A stretch of 64,000 nt of DNA from a virus, in the IMG/VR virus record IMGVR_UViG_3300022752_000057, positions 7,103-71,102 of that record. The stretch is one strand, 5' to 3'. Position 1 is the first letter of the stretch; each line of letters begins with the position of its first letter. The notes under the pieces were generated by a model, which saw only the letters and a program-made list of their open reading frames with translations, made no database searches and had not been told where the DNA came from. This document shows, in pieces, positions 32,380 to 41,814 of this stretch. Position numbers and translations under genes: made by a program.

Positions 32380-32907
32380 ATGGACGAGTATCCTTATTCA
32401 AACAACGATTGGAATTTAATGCCCAACCTATCAAATCAAGACTTTTGGGAAGAAGATGGAATTAGTTTGACTGGAAATCCCAATGCTTCACCAGACATGC
32501 TTGTTCTTGGATCTAGACTTCCTGGTGGACTGGGAGATGATCACCTGACTTTGAATTCACCTTACACCTTTAATCTTAATATGAGCGAATCTACAAATCA
32601 TCTTTGGAAATACAATGAGGATAAAATCCTCAAAGATGTTGAGGAGTATGTGACTAGCACTTATCACGGTCATTACTGTGGAGATGAAGATGGCTACAGC
32701 GATATCCAAACTATTGACTTAATGGCAGCGAAGAAACTTGCTGCTGGTTTTTGCCAGGCAAACATTCTCAAGTATGGAAGCCGTTATGGTGATAAGGATG
32801 GTCGCAACAAGCGTGACTTGATGAAAGTTATTCACTATGCTATGCTCCTGCTCCACTTTGACGGTCATTATACTCGCAAAGATAATGGTCTTACTGAATT
32901 CCGTTGA
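32380..32907 (+). CDS. Conserved hypothetical protein (DUF3310-like)
   Basis: TYHGHY, GFCQANILKYGSRYG.K, DLMKVIHYA. Confidence 0.7.
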   Translation: MDEYPYSNNDWNLMPNLSNQDFWEEDGISLTGNPNASPDMLVLGSRLPGGLGDDHLTLNSPYTFNLNMSESTNHLWKYNEDKILKDVEEYVTSTYHGHYCGDEDGYSDIQTIDLMAAKKLAAGFCQANILKYGSRYGDKDGRNKRDLMKVIHYAMLLLHFDGHYTRKDNGLTEFR

Positions 32908-32909
32908 TT

Positions 32910-33596
32910 ATGAAACTGAAACCTCAAATTATGAAACTTTCTGATAAAACTCTTTCTGTTCTGAAAAACTTTTCTTCGATTAATCAATCAATTCTTTTTA
33001 AGCAGGGAAATAAACTTCGCACAATTAGTGTGATGAAGAATATTCTTGCAGAAGCAACAATTTCTGAAGAGTTCTCCAAAGATTTCGGTATCTATGATTT
33101 AAATCAATTCTTGAATGGATTAAATCTTTATAAGACACCAGAGTTGGATTTCGCTAATGATGGATATGTTGTGATTCGTGAAGGAAAATCACGATCTAAG
33201 TATTTCTTTGCAGATCCAAATGTCATCATCACTCCTCCCGATAAAGATATTGTTTTACCCTCTGAAGATGTTTGTTTTGAGTTGAGTACTGATCAACTGG
33301 ATAAACTTCTTAAAGCAGCTGCAGTTTATCAACTTCCCGATATCTCTGCTGTTGGTGAAGCAGGTGTTGTGAAACTGGTAGTTCGTGATAAAAAGAATGA
33401 CACATCAAACGATTTTTCTATTGTGGTTGGTGAAACAGAATCCGATTTTGTTTTTAACTTTAAGGTAGAAAATATAAAGATTCTTCCTGGAACTTATGAA
33501 GTTGTCGTGTCTCAAAAACTTTTGTCACGATTCCAGTCAAAGAATCATGATCTTTGCTATTATATTGCTATGGAACCTGATTCGACATTTGGATGA
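32910..33596 (+). CDS. g45: Sliding clamp
   Basis: LKNFSSINQSI, FGIYDLNQFL, YYIAMEPDS. Confidence 0.95.
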   Translation: MKLKPQIMKLSDKTLSVLKNFSSINQSILFKQGNKLRTISVMKNILAEATISEEFSKDFGIYDLNQFLNGLNLYKTPELDFANDGYVVIREGKSRSKYFFADPNVIITPPDKDIVLPSEDVCFELSTDQLDKLLKAAAVYQLPDISAVGEAGVVKLVVRDKKNDTSNDFSIVVGETESDFVFNFKVENIKILPGTYEVVVSQKLLSRFQSKNHDLCYYIAMEPDSTFG

Positions 33597-34102
33597 ACAT
33601 CTTTGTAACTAACCAATTTCCTGCAGAGAGTGCAATCGTACTTCCTGACAAACATATAGTGAAGATGCCTCTTGAATGCTGCCAAATGCTTTCTATCGTG
33701 GCATCCAAGTGGTATCATAACTATGGCACTCTTCCTAAAGCAGATGGTACAACCTATGCAACTGAGAAGGGTGCCTTTCGCAATCATCCCTGCACTCAAT
33801 GGGCAGCAAAAACCATTGATAATGCCTACTGGTTGATTAAGCACGGTATGAATCTGTGTGATGAGTATGCAGTTCGTTATGGTAAGATCCATTCGTGCTA
33901 TAATACTCTTTTACAGGCATATTACCTTTTTCCTAAGGGAAAGATTACAGAAGTAACTCCATTTGCCCGTGCAATGCCAGATGAGTATAAACTTGACACA
34001 AGCATTGACACTTTTACTGCTTACAAGATGTATATCGCATCCAAACCTTGGGTTGCATCTAATTATCTTCGTATGCCGCAACGAAAACCTGATTGGGTCT
34101 AA
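33593..34102 (+). CDS. Pyrimidine-dimer DNA glycosylase family protein
   Basis: MNIF..DKHIVKMPLECCQML, NHPCTQW, EY..RYGKIH. Confidence 0.8.
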   Translation: MNIFVTNQFPAESAIVLPDKHIVKMPLECCQMLSIVASKWYHNYGTLPKADGTTYATEKGAFRNHPCTQWAAKTIDNAYWLIKHGMNLCDEYAVRYGKIHSCYNTLLQAYYLFPKGKITEVTPFARAMPDEYKLDTSIDTFTAYKMYIASKPWVASNYLRMPQRKPDWV

Positions 34103-34105
34103 ATT

Positions 34106-35050
34106 ATGAATAGTGATTTTATTTGGGTTGAAAAGTACCGCCCTAAAACAATTGAAGATTGTATTCTCCCTGAGAGTACCAAGAAGACATTTCAGGACTT
34201 TCTAAATAAGGGTGAAATTCCAAATATGCTTCTTGCTGGTCCTCCTGGCATTGGTAAGACCACAGTTGCAAAAGCACTCTGTAATGAATTGGGGGTAGAT
34301 GTTTATGTCATCAATGGATCCGACGAGGGTAGATTCCTCGATACTGTCCGAAACAATGCGAAAAACTTCGCTTCGACCGTTTCGCTTTCGTCAGATGCTA
34401 AACACAAAGTCGTCATCATTGACGAAGCAGATAACACAGGAAACGACGTACAACTCTTACTACGGGCGTTTATTGAGGAATTTGCTGGCAATTGCCGATT
34501 CATCTTCACCTGCAACTACAAAAACAAAATTATCGAACCCCTCCACTCCCGATGTGCCGTCATCGACTTTGGGATCAAAGGGAAAGAAAAAACCAAGTTG
34601 GCAGGATCCTTCTTCAAGCGTCTACAAGACATCTTGGATGCGGAAGGTGTACGATACGATCCTAAAGTCCTTGCCGAACTGATTAATAAACACTTCCCCG
34701 ATTGGCGTAGGGTTCTTAATGAGTGCCAAAGATACTCTGTTGGTGGAGAAATTGATTCTGGTATTCTTGCAAGTTTTTCTGATGTTTCCGTAAATGAACT
34801 GGTTAAATCTCTCAAAGATAAAAACTTTACTGAAGTCCGAAAGTGGGTGGTCTCCAACCTGGACAACGATGCTTCTCATCTACTCCGCAGGGTTTATGAC
34901 ACCGCTTATGATTGCCTTTCACCCGCAACTATTCCCGCTGCCGTTCTTATTATTGCTAAGTATCAATACCAATGTGCGTTCGTGGCTGATCAGGAAATTA
35001 ACCTCTTAGCGGCACTGACTGAAATTATGGTGGAGTGCGAGTTTCGATGA
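34106..35050 (+). CDS. g44: Clamp loader large subunit
   Basis: WVEKYRP, GPPGIGKTT, IIDEAD, PLHSRC. Confidence 0.96.
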   Translation: MNSDFIWVEKYRPKTIEDCILPESTKKTFQDFLNKGEIPNMLLAGPPGIGKTTVAKALCNELGVDVYVINGSDEGRFLDTVRNNAKNFASTVSLSSDAKHKVVIIDEADNTGNDVQLLLRAFIEEFAGNCRFIFTCNYKNKIIEPLHSRCAVIDFGIKGKEKTKLAGSFFKRLQDILDAEGVRYDPKVLAELINKHFPDWRRVLNECQRYSVGGEIDSGILASFSDVSVNELVKSLKDKNFTEVRKWVVSNLDNDASHLLRRVYDTAYDCLSPATIPAAVLIIAKYQYQCAFVADQEINLLAALTEIMVECEFR

Positions 35051-35265
35051 ATTTCTTTAAAATTAATAAAGCATCTCTTTATGAGATTCCAGTCAAGACA
35101 ACTCCTGAAAATGTAAAGGATGCAAATGAAGGTTTATTTCGTGCTACAATGAATCTTCCTGCTGCCGCAAAGCATTGTGGTATGACACAGAAAGAAATGA
35201 AACTCACTTTTAGAGAGTATTTGAAGTATCACAAACCTGATTATGACCAGTCAAAAGAGTCTTAA
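35047..35265 (+). CDS. Small hypothetical (possible HTH) protein
   Basis: MNLPAAAKHCGMTQKEMK. Confidence 0.6.
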   Translation: MNFFKINKASLYEIPVKTTPENVKDANEGLFRATMNLPAAAKHCGMTQKEMKLTFREYLKYHKPDYDQSKES

Positions 35266-36106
35266 AACCTGTCTCCGTTATCCTGGGGGTAAGTCCCGTG
35301 CTTGTGAAAAGATGGGACCTTACTTTCCCGATCTTCGCAACTATAGTGAGTTCAGAGAACCATTTCTTGGTGGAGGAAGTGTTGCAATTTACATCACCAA
35401 AAAATACCCAAGCCTAGATATTTGGGTGAATGATTTGTATGAACCTCTTGTAAACTTCTGGCAGCAACTCCAGATGTTTGGTGTTGATCTTTCCAATGCA
35501 CTTACAACTCTTAAAAGCACTTGCAATACTCCAGATAAAGCAAGACAACTTTTCTTAGTTTCTAAGGAGAAGATTAATGATAAAGATGTGTCAAATTTTG
35601 ATCGTGCTGTGGCTTTCTATGTTGTTAATAAGTGTTCTTTCAGTGGTCTCACAGAGAGTTCTTCATTTTCAGAACAGGCATCTAACTCCAACTTCAGCTT
35701 GCGGGGGATCGAAAAGTTGCCTGGGTATTCTAAGATAATTGAAAAGTGGCGTATAACTAACTATTCCTACGATTATCTGATGGATGGGAACAAAGGTGCT
35801 TTTATGTATCTCGATCCTCCTTATGACATTAAGGATAATCTCTATGGGAACAAGGGATCAATGCACAAAGGATTTGATCACGATAAGTTTGCTGCTGATT
35901 GCAATTCCAACAATATGGATATGTTGGTAAGTTATAATACTGATCAACTTGTAAAAAACCGCTTCTTAGGTGGAAAATGGAATGCTGTTGAGTTTGATTT
36001 GACTTATACGATGCGTTCCGTTGGTGAATATATGCGTGAGCAAAAACAACGTAAAGAACTCTTGCTTTTTAATTATGGAATTGAAGGACTGGTTAAACTC
36101 AATTAA
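35243..36106 (+). CDS. dam: DNA adenine methyltransferase (Dam/D12 class)
   Basis: LRYPGGKS, EPFLGGGSV, YLDPPY. Confidence 0.9.
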   Translation: MTSQKSLKTCLRYPGGKSRACEKMGPYFPDLRNYSEFREPFLGGGSVAIYITKKYPSLDIWVNDLYEPLVNFWQQLQMFGVDLSNALTTLKSTCNTPDKARQLFLVSKEKINDKDVSNFDRAVAFYVVNKCSFSGLTESSSFSEQASNSNFSLRGIEKLPGYSKIIEKWRITNYSYDYLMDGNKGAFMYLDPPYDIKDNLYGNKGSMHKGFDHDKFAADCNSNNMDMLVSYNTDQLVKNRFLGGKWNAVEFDLTYTMRSVGEYMREQKQRKELLLFNYGIEGLVKLN

Positions 36107-36443
36107 CTTCACAAAGGAAGATCTTTCCGAAAATATTAAGGAATATGCTCCTTACATTATCAATCGTTGTTTGTCTGGACACATTGATTGTGTAATGTAT
36201 GCAAATGAGATGAATATGCGTCATCAACTTGACAAAGATATGCAATATTCGTTCTATCTAAATAGTCTAAGGAAAAAGAAGAGATTTTCTCCCTGGCTCC
36301 GAAAAGAAAGAGTCACAGACTTAGAATGTGTTAAATCTTATTATGGTTATAATAATGAAAAAGCATATCAAGCTCTAAAAATTCTTACTAAGGAACAACT
36401 TAATTTTATTAAACAACGACTTGAAACTGGAGGAACAAAATGA
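36075..36443 (+). CDS. g62: Clamp loader small subunit
   Basis: PYIINRCLS, ANEMN, RFSPW, YYGY; position before regA. Confidence 0.9.
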   Translation: MELKDWLNSINFTKEDLSENIKEYAPYIINRCLSGHIDCVMYANEMNMRHQLDKDMQYSFYLNSLRKKKRFSPWLRKERVTDLECVKSYYGYNNEKAYQALKILTKEQLNFIKQRLETGGTK

Positions 36444-36871
36444 CGGTAGAACCAACTGTAGAATGGTCTCAGGACAAAATGGTGGAAGTGGTTCTTAATG
36501 AACCTGATGATTTTCTTAAAGTACGTGAAACTTTAACTCGTATTGGAGTAGCCTCACGTAAAGAAAAAAAATTATATCAATCTTGCCATATTCTGCATAA
36601 GCAAGGTAGATATTATATTGTCCACTTTAAGGAATTGTTTGCTTTGGATGGCAAACATGCAAACCTGACTGTGAATGATGTTCAGCGCCGCAATCGTATT
36701 GCTCGTCTTTTGTCTGACTGGGGATTGATTACTGTTGTCAAGGAAGATAATGTTTCAGATATTGCCCCTCTAAATCAAATTAAGGTTCTTTCGTATAAGG
36801 ACAAGGGAGATTGGGTTTTGGAGCAAAAGTATAATATTGGTAAAAAAGGAAAAGTAGTAGAAGGCGAATAA
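36440..36871 (+). CDS. regA: Translational repressor RegA
   Basis: DDFLKVRETLTRIG, LYQSCHILHKQGRYYIVHFKELF. Confidence 0.96.
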   Translation: MTVEPTVEWSQDKMVEVVLNEPDDFLKVRETLTRIGVASRKEKKLYQSCHILHKQGRYYIVHFKELFALDGKHANLTVNDVQRRNRIARLLSDWGLITVVKEDNVSDIAPLNQIKVLSYKDKGDWVLEQKYNIGKKGKVVEGE

Positions 36872-37028
36872 ATATAATTGAGACTTTCGTGCGGTCTCTA
36901 CAAAAGTCGGAACACCCTAAAGAGAAGTTCGGTTTTTACCTTGCTTCTCTTTTTGTTTTATGGTTAAATAGTATTGGATGCCTTCGGGGTCCACAAAACA
37001 CAAACTCGCTTTAAAAGGAGCTACCATA

Positions 37029-37463
37029 ATGACTAACCTCACAAGGTATACTACTGCGGATCTTCCTACATTGATGGATAAGATTACCCGCAATAGCATT
37101 GGACTTGATGAATACTTTGATCGTATCTTCAGTCTTCACGAAACGACTTCTAACTATCCTCCATACAATTTGGTTCAAGTTAGTAATGTAGAGTCAAGAT
37201 TGGAACTTGCACTTGCTGGATTTAAAAAGAAGGAAGTTTATGTCTATACGCAAGATGGGAAACTTTTTGTTGAAGGTCAAAAAGAAGATAAAGAAACGGA
37301 GAGCAACTATCTCCACAAAGGTTTGGCTCAACGGTCATTTACACGTTCTTGGACACTCTCTGATGACACGGAAGTTAGATCAGTTGATTTTGAGGATGGG
37401 CTTCTAACAGTTACTCTTGGTAGAATTGTTCCTGATCATCATAAGAGAAAAGATTATCTCTAA
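37029..37463 (+). CDS. hsp20: Small heat-shock protein
   Basis: NYPPYN, LALAGF, HKGLAQRSF, DGLL; AAGGAG RBS. Confidence 0.93.
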   Translation: MTNLTRYTTADLPTLMDKITRNSIGLDEYFDRIFSLHETTSNYPPYNLVQVSNVESRLELALAGFKKKEVYVYTQDGKLFVEGQKEDKETESNYLHKGLAQRSFTRSWTLSDDTEVRSVDFEDGLLTVTLGRIVPDHHKRKDYL

Positions 37464-37479
37464 ATAAAATAAAAACAAA

Positions 37480-37650
37480 ATGAAAACCTTCCACCAGTTT
37501 CTTAGTGAAATAAAAACAATTGCGTTTCCTGCAGCAAAACCACACAAAGTTTATCATAAGGGAAGAGTGACCAATGTAGGTGCTGGAAGAGCAGTTCCGA
37601 TTAATCCTGGAAGTGGTTCTGGTGGAAGTGGAGATGGAGATGGAGACTAA
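37480..37650 (+). CDS. Small protein with capsid-targeting-like leader (56 aa)
   Basis: Manual translation MKTFHQFLSEIKTIAFP..GSGSGGSGDGDGD. Confidence 0.65.
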   Translation: MKTFHQFLSEIKTIAFPAAKPHKVYHKGRVTNVGAGRAVPINPGSGSGGSGDGDGD

Positions 37651-37697
37651 ATATAAATGAATATCGTCGGCGCGGGAAGCACCTGGCAAAATCCAGG

Positions 37698-37726
37698 TTG
37701 ACTTCCCCATTTTTTTGTTCTATAAT
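37698..37726 (+). promoter_or_regulatory. Sigma70-like promoter for the g43 operon, with upstream inverted repeat
   Basis: TTGACT-17 nt-TATAAT; ACCTGG..CCAGGT at 37681-37698. Confidence 0.75.
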
Positions 37727-37747
37727 GAATAGAGGTATAAATGAATT

Positions 37748-38140
37748 ATGACTATTAAGGTTTTATTGCTAAAATCTGGAGAAGACATCATTGCAGATGT
37801 GCAAGAAATGGTTGTCGGTGAAGATGAAGAGCGCAGAGTTATTGGATATTTTTTAAATAAACCTTGTGTTGTAAAGTTAAGAACTGCTGCTCCTTTATCT
37901 GAGGATGAAGTTCATCCAAAAAAACCAGAAAAAAAATCCGAGTTACTTATTTCCATGTATCCATGGATGCCTCTGGCAAGGGAAAAAACGATTCCAGTTC
38001 CATCGGATTGGGTTGTTACAATGGTTACCCCTGTAGAAAAACTTTTTGAACTTTATGAAAAGGACGTACTAAAAAATGACATCGAATCTGATAAAGATAC
38101 TAGCGTTAATGAACAATCTGATTCTGATCAGTCAGATTGA
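37748..38140 (+). CDS. Conserved hypothetical protein (possible Sm-like)
   Basis: LLKSGEDIIADV, PWMPL. Confidence 0.7.
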   Translation: MTIKVLLLKSGEDIIADVQEMVVGEDEERRVIGYFLNKPCVVKLRTAAPLSEDEVHPKKPEKKSELLISMYPWMPLAREKTIPVPSDWVVTMVTPVEKLFELYEKDVLKNDIESDKDTSVNEQSDSDQSD

Positions 38141-38339
38141 GGAAGTTGGTTCTGAAATTGGGGAACCTGACTGTAGGTTAATTAAACCATTTGTGGTAAG
38201 AAGTGACCAAACAATGGAACCATTTCTTTGCGGATATACAAAACAATCTACTTTTATGATGAGTTCGGATAAGATTCTCACTCTTGTCGATCCGACTCCA
38301 ACACTTCTTGAAAAATATGAGGATTTGATTAAAGAATGA
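38076..38339 (+). CDS. Conserved hypothetical protein
   Basis: IGEPDCRLIKPF, SDKILTLVDP. Confidence 0.7.
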   Translation: MTSNLIKILALMNNLILISQIEEVGSEIGEPDCRLIKPFVVRSDQTMEPFLCGYTKQSTFMMSSDKILTLVDPTPTLLEKYEDLIKE

Positions 38340-39817
38340 CACAACGGTTTTATACTAATGTTCAGTTGATTGGAAATCAATTTTTAGTTCGTGGAGTCGA
38401 GAATGGGAAAAGATTTGAAAATAGAGATGAGTTTTTTCCTACATTATATGTAAAAACTAAAAAACAATCTAAGTATAAAACCTTAAATGGAGAATCTGTG
38501 GAACCAGTAAATCCTGGTACAGTTAGAGATTGTCGTGAGTTTTATAGTAAATATGATGGAGTAGATGGATTTGAAATCTATGGCAATGATAGATATATTT
38601 GCCAATATATTTCAGAAAAATATCCAGAAGATGAAATTAAGTTTGATATTAGTAAAATCAAACTTGTAACTTTGGATATTGAGGTAGCATCTGAATCTGG
38701 ATTCCCCGATGTAGAATCTTGTTCAGAGGAGATTCTTTCAATTTCAATTCAGGATTATACAACAAAAAAAATTATTACATGGGGAGTAAAACCTTTTAAC
38801 AATTCTCGTAAGGACGTAACTTATCATTGTTGTCCTTCTGAATACGAACTTCTCAATCATTTTATTAATTATTGGATGGTTGATGTTCCTGATGTGATTA
38901 CTGGTTGGAATATTCAGTTATATGATATTCCCTACATTTGCAAAAGACTGAATCGCGTTCTTGGCGAGAAGTTAATGAAGAGAATGTCTAATTGGGGACT
39001 TGTTACAGAAGGGGAAGTGTTTATAAATGGGCGTAAACATACTGTGTTTGATATTGGTGGTCTTACTCAATTAGACTATTTGGATTTGTATAAAAAGTTT
39101 ACTTATAAAGCTCAAGAATCTTATCGCTTGGATTATATTGCAGAAGTAGAACTTGGGCAGAAAAAATTGGATCACTCTGAGTTTGATACTTTTAAAGATT
39201 TTTATACTAAAGGGTGGCAAAAGTTTATTGAGTACAATATTATTGACGTAGAACTTGTTGACCGTCTGGAAGACAAGATGAAATTAATCGAACTTGCCCT
39301 AACGATGGCATATGATGCTAAGGTAAATTATGCTGATGTTTTTTATCAAGTTCGAATGTGGGATAATATCATCTATAACTATCTTAAAAAAAGAAACATT
39401 GTAATTCCTCAAAAGCAAAAAACCGATAAAGATTCTAAGTATGCTGGTGCTTATGTAAAGGAACCTATTCCGGGTAAGTATGATTGGGTTGTAAGTTTTG
39501 ATTTAACATCTCTATATCCTTCCCTCATTATGCAATATAATATTTCTCCAGAAACTCTTCTTGATGAAAAATATCCAGGAGTAACTGTTGACAAATTATT
39601 AAATAAAAAAATTATTATTGAAAATGTTGAGGGGAAGTGTGTGTGTGCAAATGGTTGTTTGTATGATACATCTAAAAGGGGAATATTTCCTGAACTTGTA
39701 GAAAAAATTTTTAATGATAGGCAATATTTTAAAAAAGAAATGCTGAAGGAAAAATCTAGATTGGAAGAGATTGAAAGTGAATTGAAGAAAAGAAAAATTG
39801 ATTTAAATACTTTATAA
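38336..39817 (+). CDS. g43: Family B DNA polymerase, N-terminal subunit
   Basis: Exo DIE, TGWN..YD, YNIIDV; motif A SFDLTSLYPS; ends in first fingers helix. Confidence 0.93.
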   Translation: MTQRFYTNVQLIGNQFLVRGVENGKRFENRDEFFPTLYVKTKKQSKYKTLNGESVEPVNPGTVRDCREFYSKYDGVDGFEIYGNDRYICQYISEKYPEDEIKFDISKIKLVTLDIEVASESGFPDVESCSEEILSISIQDYTTKKIITWGVKPFNNSRKDVTYHCCPSEYELLNHFINYWMVDVPDVITGWNIQLYDIPYICKRLNRVLGEKLMKRMSNWGLVTEGEVFINGRKHTVFDIGGLTQLDYLDLYKKFTYKAQESYRLDYIAEVELGQKKLDHSEFDTFKDFYTKGWQKFIEYNIIDVELVDRLEDKMKLIELALTMAYDAKVNYADVFYQVRMWDNIIYNYLKKRNIVIPQKQKTDKDSKYAGAYVKEPIPGKYDWVVSFDLTSLYPSLIMQYNISPETLLDEKYPGVTVDKLLNKKIIIENVEGKCVCANGCLYDTSKRGIFPELVEKIFNDRQYFKKEMLKEKSRLEEIESELKKRKIDLNTL

Positions 39818-39846
39818 TATAAATAATAAAAGAGTATTTAAGTCAA

Positions 39847-40521
39847 ATGAATTATTTAAAGACTTATTGTAAGTTAATTAGAAATGCAGAAAATAGAAAT
39901 TGGAAAAGAAAACATACTAATTTTTATATTGAAGAACATCATACTTTTCCAATTTCAATTTATGGAAAAAATGATAGGATAGTTGGGTTGACTCCAAGAG
40001 AACATTTTCTGGCACATTGGTTACTTTACAAAATTTGTTTAAAACGATATGGAGTAAGAACTGGCAAAACATTTAGTATGGGTTCTGCTTTTGCTATGAT
40101 GTGCGTTACTAATGATTTGCAAGAAAGAAATTATACTTCTAGAAAGTATGAAATAGTTAGAAATTGCTTATCTACCATAAGAACTGGAAAATCTAGAAAT
40201 GATATGAAAGGAAAAAAATACTTTGGGGCGAGTGAAGATGTTATAAAAAAAGGTATAGAAAAAATGAGGGAAAAGAAAACTGGAATGAAAATAGAATATC
40301 CAAAAAATAGAAAATCTTCTCCCTGTTCGTCAGAAAAGATGAAAAAAATATCAGAAACTAGAAAAAATACAAGAATTAAATTTATTTCTATGAGTGAAGA
40401 AGAATTTAATTTATGGATTTCTAAACAAAATCTTTATAGAAAAGATGGTGCAAGAAATTCAAACGTTACTCGCACATTAATGTGGAGAAACATTCCTTTG
40501 GAGAAATATTATGGAACTTGA
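39847..40521 (+). CDS. MobE-like HNH homing endonuclease
   Basis: MNYLKTY..LI..A, EEHHTFP, LTPREHFLAHWLL resemble the T4 MobE N-terminus. Confidence 0.85.
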   Translation: MNYLKTYCKLIRNAENRNWKRKHTNFYIEEHHTFPISIYGKNDRIVGLTPREHFLAHWLLYKICLKRYGVRTGKTFSMGSAFAMMCVTNDLQERNYTSRKYEIVRNCLSTIRTGKSRNDMKGKKYFGASEDVIKKGIEKMREKKTGMKIEYPKNRKSSPCSSEKMKKISETRKNTRIKFISMSEEEFNLWISKQNLYRKDGARNSNVTRTLMWRNIPLEKYYGT

Positions 40522-41620
40522 TTATTCTAAAATTTCAACAGATGAATTGAAAAAACTTCGCCAAAATTGCATTAAAAATATTTCAAAATATACCAATAAT
40601 CAAATGGCAAGAAAAATTCAAATTAATAGTTTGTACGGAGCAATAGGAAATCAGTATTTCCGCTATTATAAACTAGCAAACGCTGAGGCAATCACCTTGT
40701 CTGGTCAGGTTTCTATCCGTTGGATTGAGAACAAGATGAATGCCTACCTGAATAAAATTCTCAAAACTGATGGTGTTGATTATGTTATTGCTTCAGATAC
40801 TGACTCTATCTATCTTAATATGGGTCCTTTGGTTGAAACTGTATACCAAGGAAGAGAGAAAACTACTGAAAGCATTGTTTCGTTCCTTGATAAGATCTGT
40901 CAGGTGGAACTTGAAAAGTATATTGAGAGTTGTTACCAAGAACTGGCTGAGTATGTAAATGCTTATGACCAGAAGATGCAGATGAAGCGTGAGAACATTG
41001 CTGATCGTGGAATCTGGACTGCTAAAAAGCGTTATATTCTTAATGTCTGGGATAGTGAAGGTGTTCGTTACGAAGAGCCTAAACTGAAAATCATGGGCAT
41101 TGAGGCAATTAAATCATCCACTCCTGCACCTTGCCGTAAAATGATTAAGGATGCTCTGAAATTGATGATGAGTGGAACAGAAGATGATGTAGTTAATTTT
41201 ATTGACAAATGTCGTAAACAATTTAAAGAAATTTCTCCGCAAGAGATTGCCTTTCCCAGAACTGCTTCTGATGTTCGTAAGTATCAATCATCATTTGAAA
41301 TTTACAACAAAGGAACACCAATTCATGTTCGTGGAGCACTTCTGTTTAATCATTATATAAAAGAAAAGAAATTGACAAATAAATATTCACTTATTGCAAA
41401 TGGAGAAAAAATCAAGTTTGTATATTTAAAAAAACCAAATATTATTCATGAAAATGTTATTTCATTTATCCAAGATTTTCCAAAAGAACTTGGTCTTGAC
41501 AAATACATAGATTATGATTTACAATTTGAGAAAGCATTTTTAGAACCACTTAAAACAATTTTAAATTCTATTGGATGGAATATAGAAAAAACTAATACTT
41601 TAGAGGCATTCTTTCTATGA
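40511..41620 (+). CDS. g43: Family B DNA polymerase, C-terminal subunit
   Basis: Motif B KIQINSLYG, motif C SDTDS, KKRY. Confidence 0.93.
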   Translation: MELDYSKISTDELKKLRQNCIKNISKYTNNQMARKIQINSLYGAIGNQYFRYYKLANAEAITLSGQVSIRWIENKMNAYLNKILKTDGVDYVIASDTDSIYLNMGPLVETVYQGREKTTESIVSFLDKICQVELEKYIESCYQELAEYVNAYDQKMQMKRENIADRGIWTAKKRYILNVWDSEGVRYEEPKLKIMGIEAIKSSTPAPCRKMIKDALKLMMSGTEDDVVNFIDKCRKQFKEISPQEIAFPRTASDVRKYQSSFEIYNKGTPIHVRGALLFNHYIKEKKLTNKYSLIANGEKIKFVYLKKPNIIHENVISFIQDFPKELGLDKYIDYDLQFEKAFLEPLKTILNSIGWNIEKTNTLEAFFL

Positions 41621-41814
41621 AAGATCAAAATAGTATAGACGATAATGAATCAAAACAAGTTAAATGGAACAGGGGACTAGATTTGTTTGTTGAGAGTGTT
41701 TTAAAACCTGATAATGAACTTAGACAATGTGCTCACAATCAAAAATGTTATCATGAACTGATGGATGTGAGAGAAAATGTTTTGGATTATTTAAAAACTT
41801 TGAGGTGGGAATGA
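41617..41814 (+). CDS. Hypothetical protein (65 aa)
   Basis: KWNRGLDLFVESV..LRQCAHNQKCY; coupled ORF. Confidence 0.65.
   Translation: MKDQNSIDDNESKQVKWNRGLDLFVESVLKPDNELRQCAHNQKCYHELMDVRENVLDYLKTLRWE

Noticed and set aside
39818-40510. Group I intron in g43
   Set aside because: The HNH ORF fills the gap, no intron core is visible, and the C-part has its own ATG.
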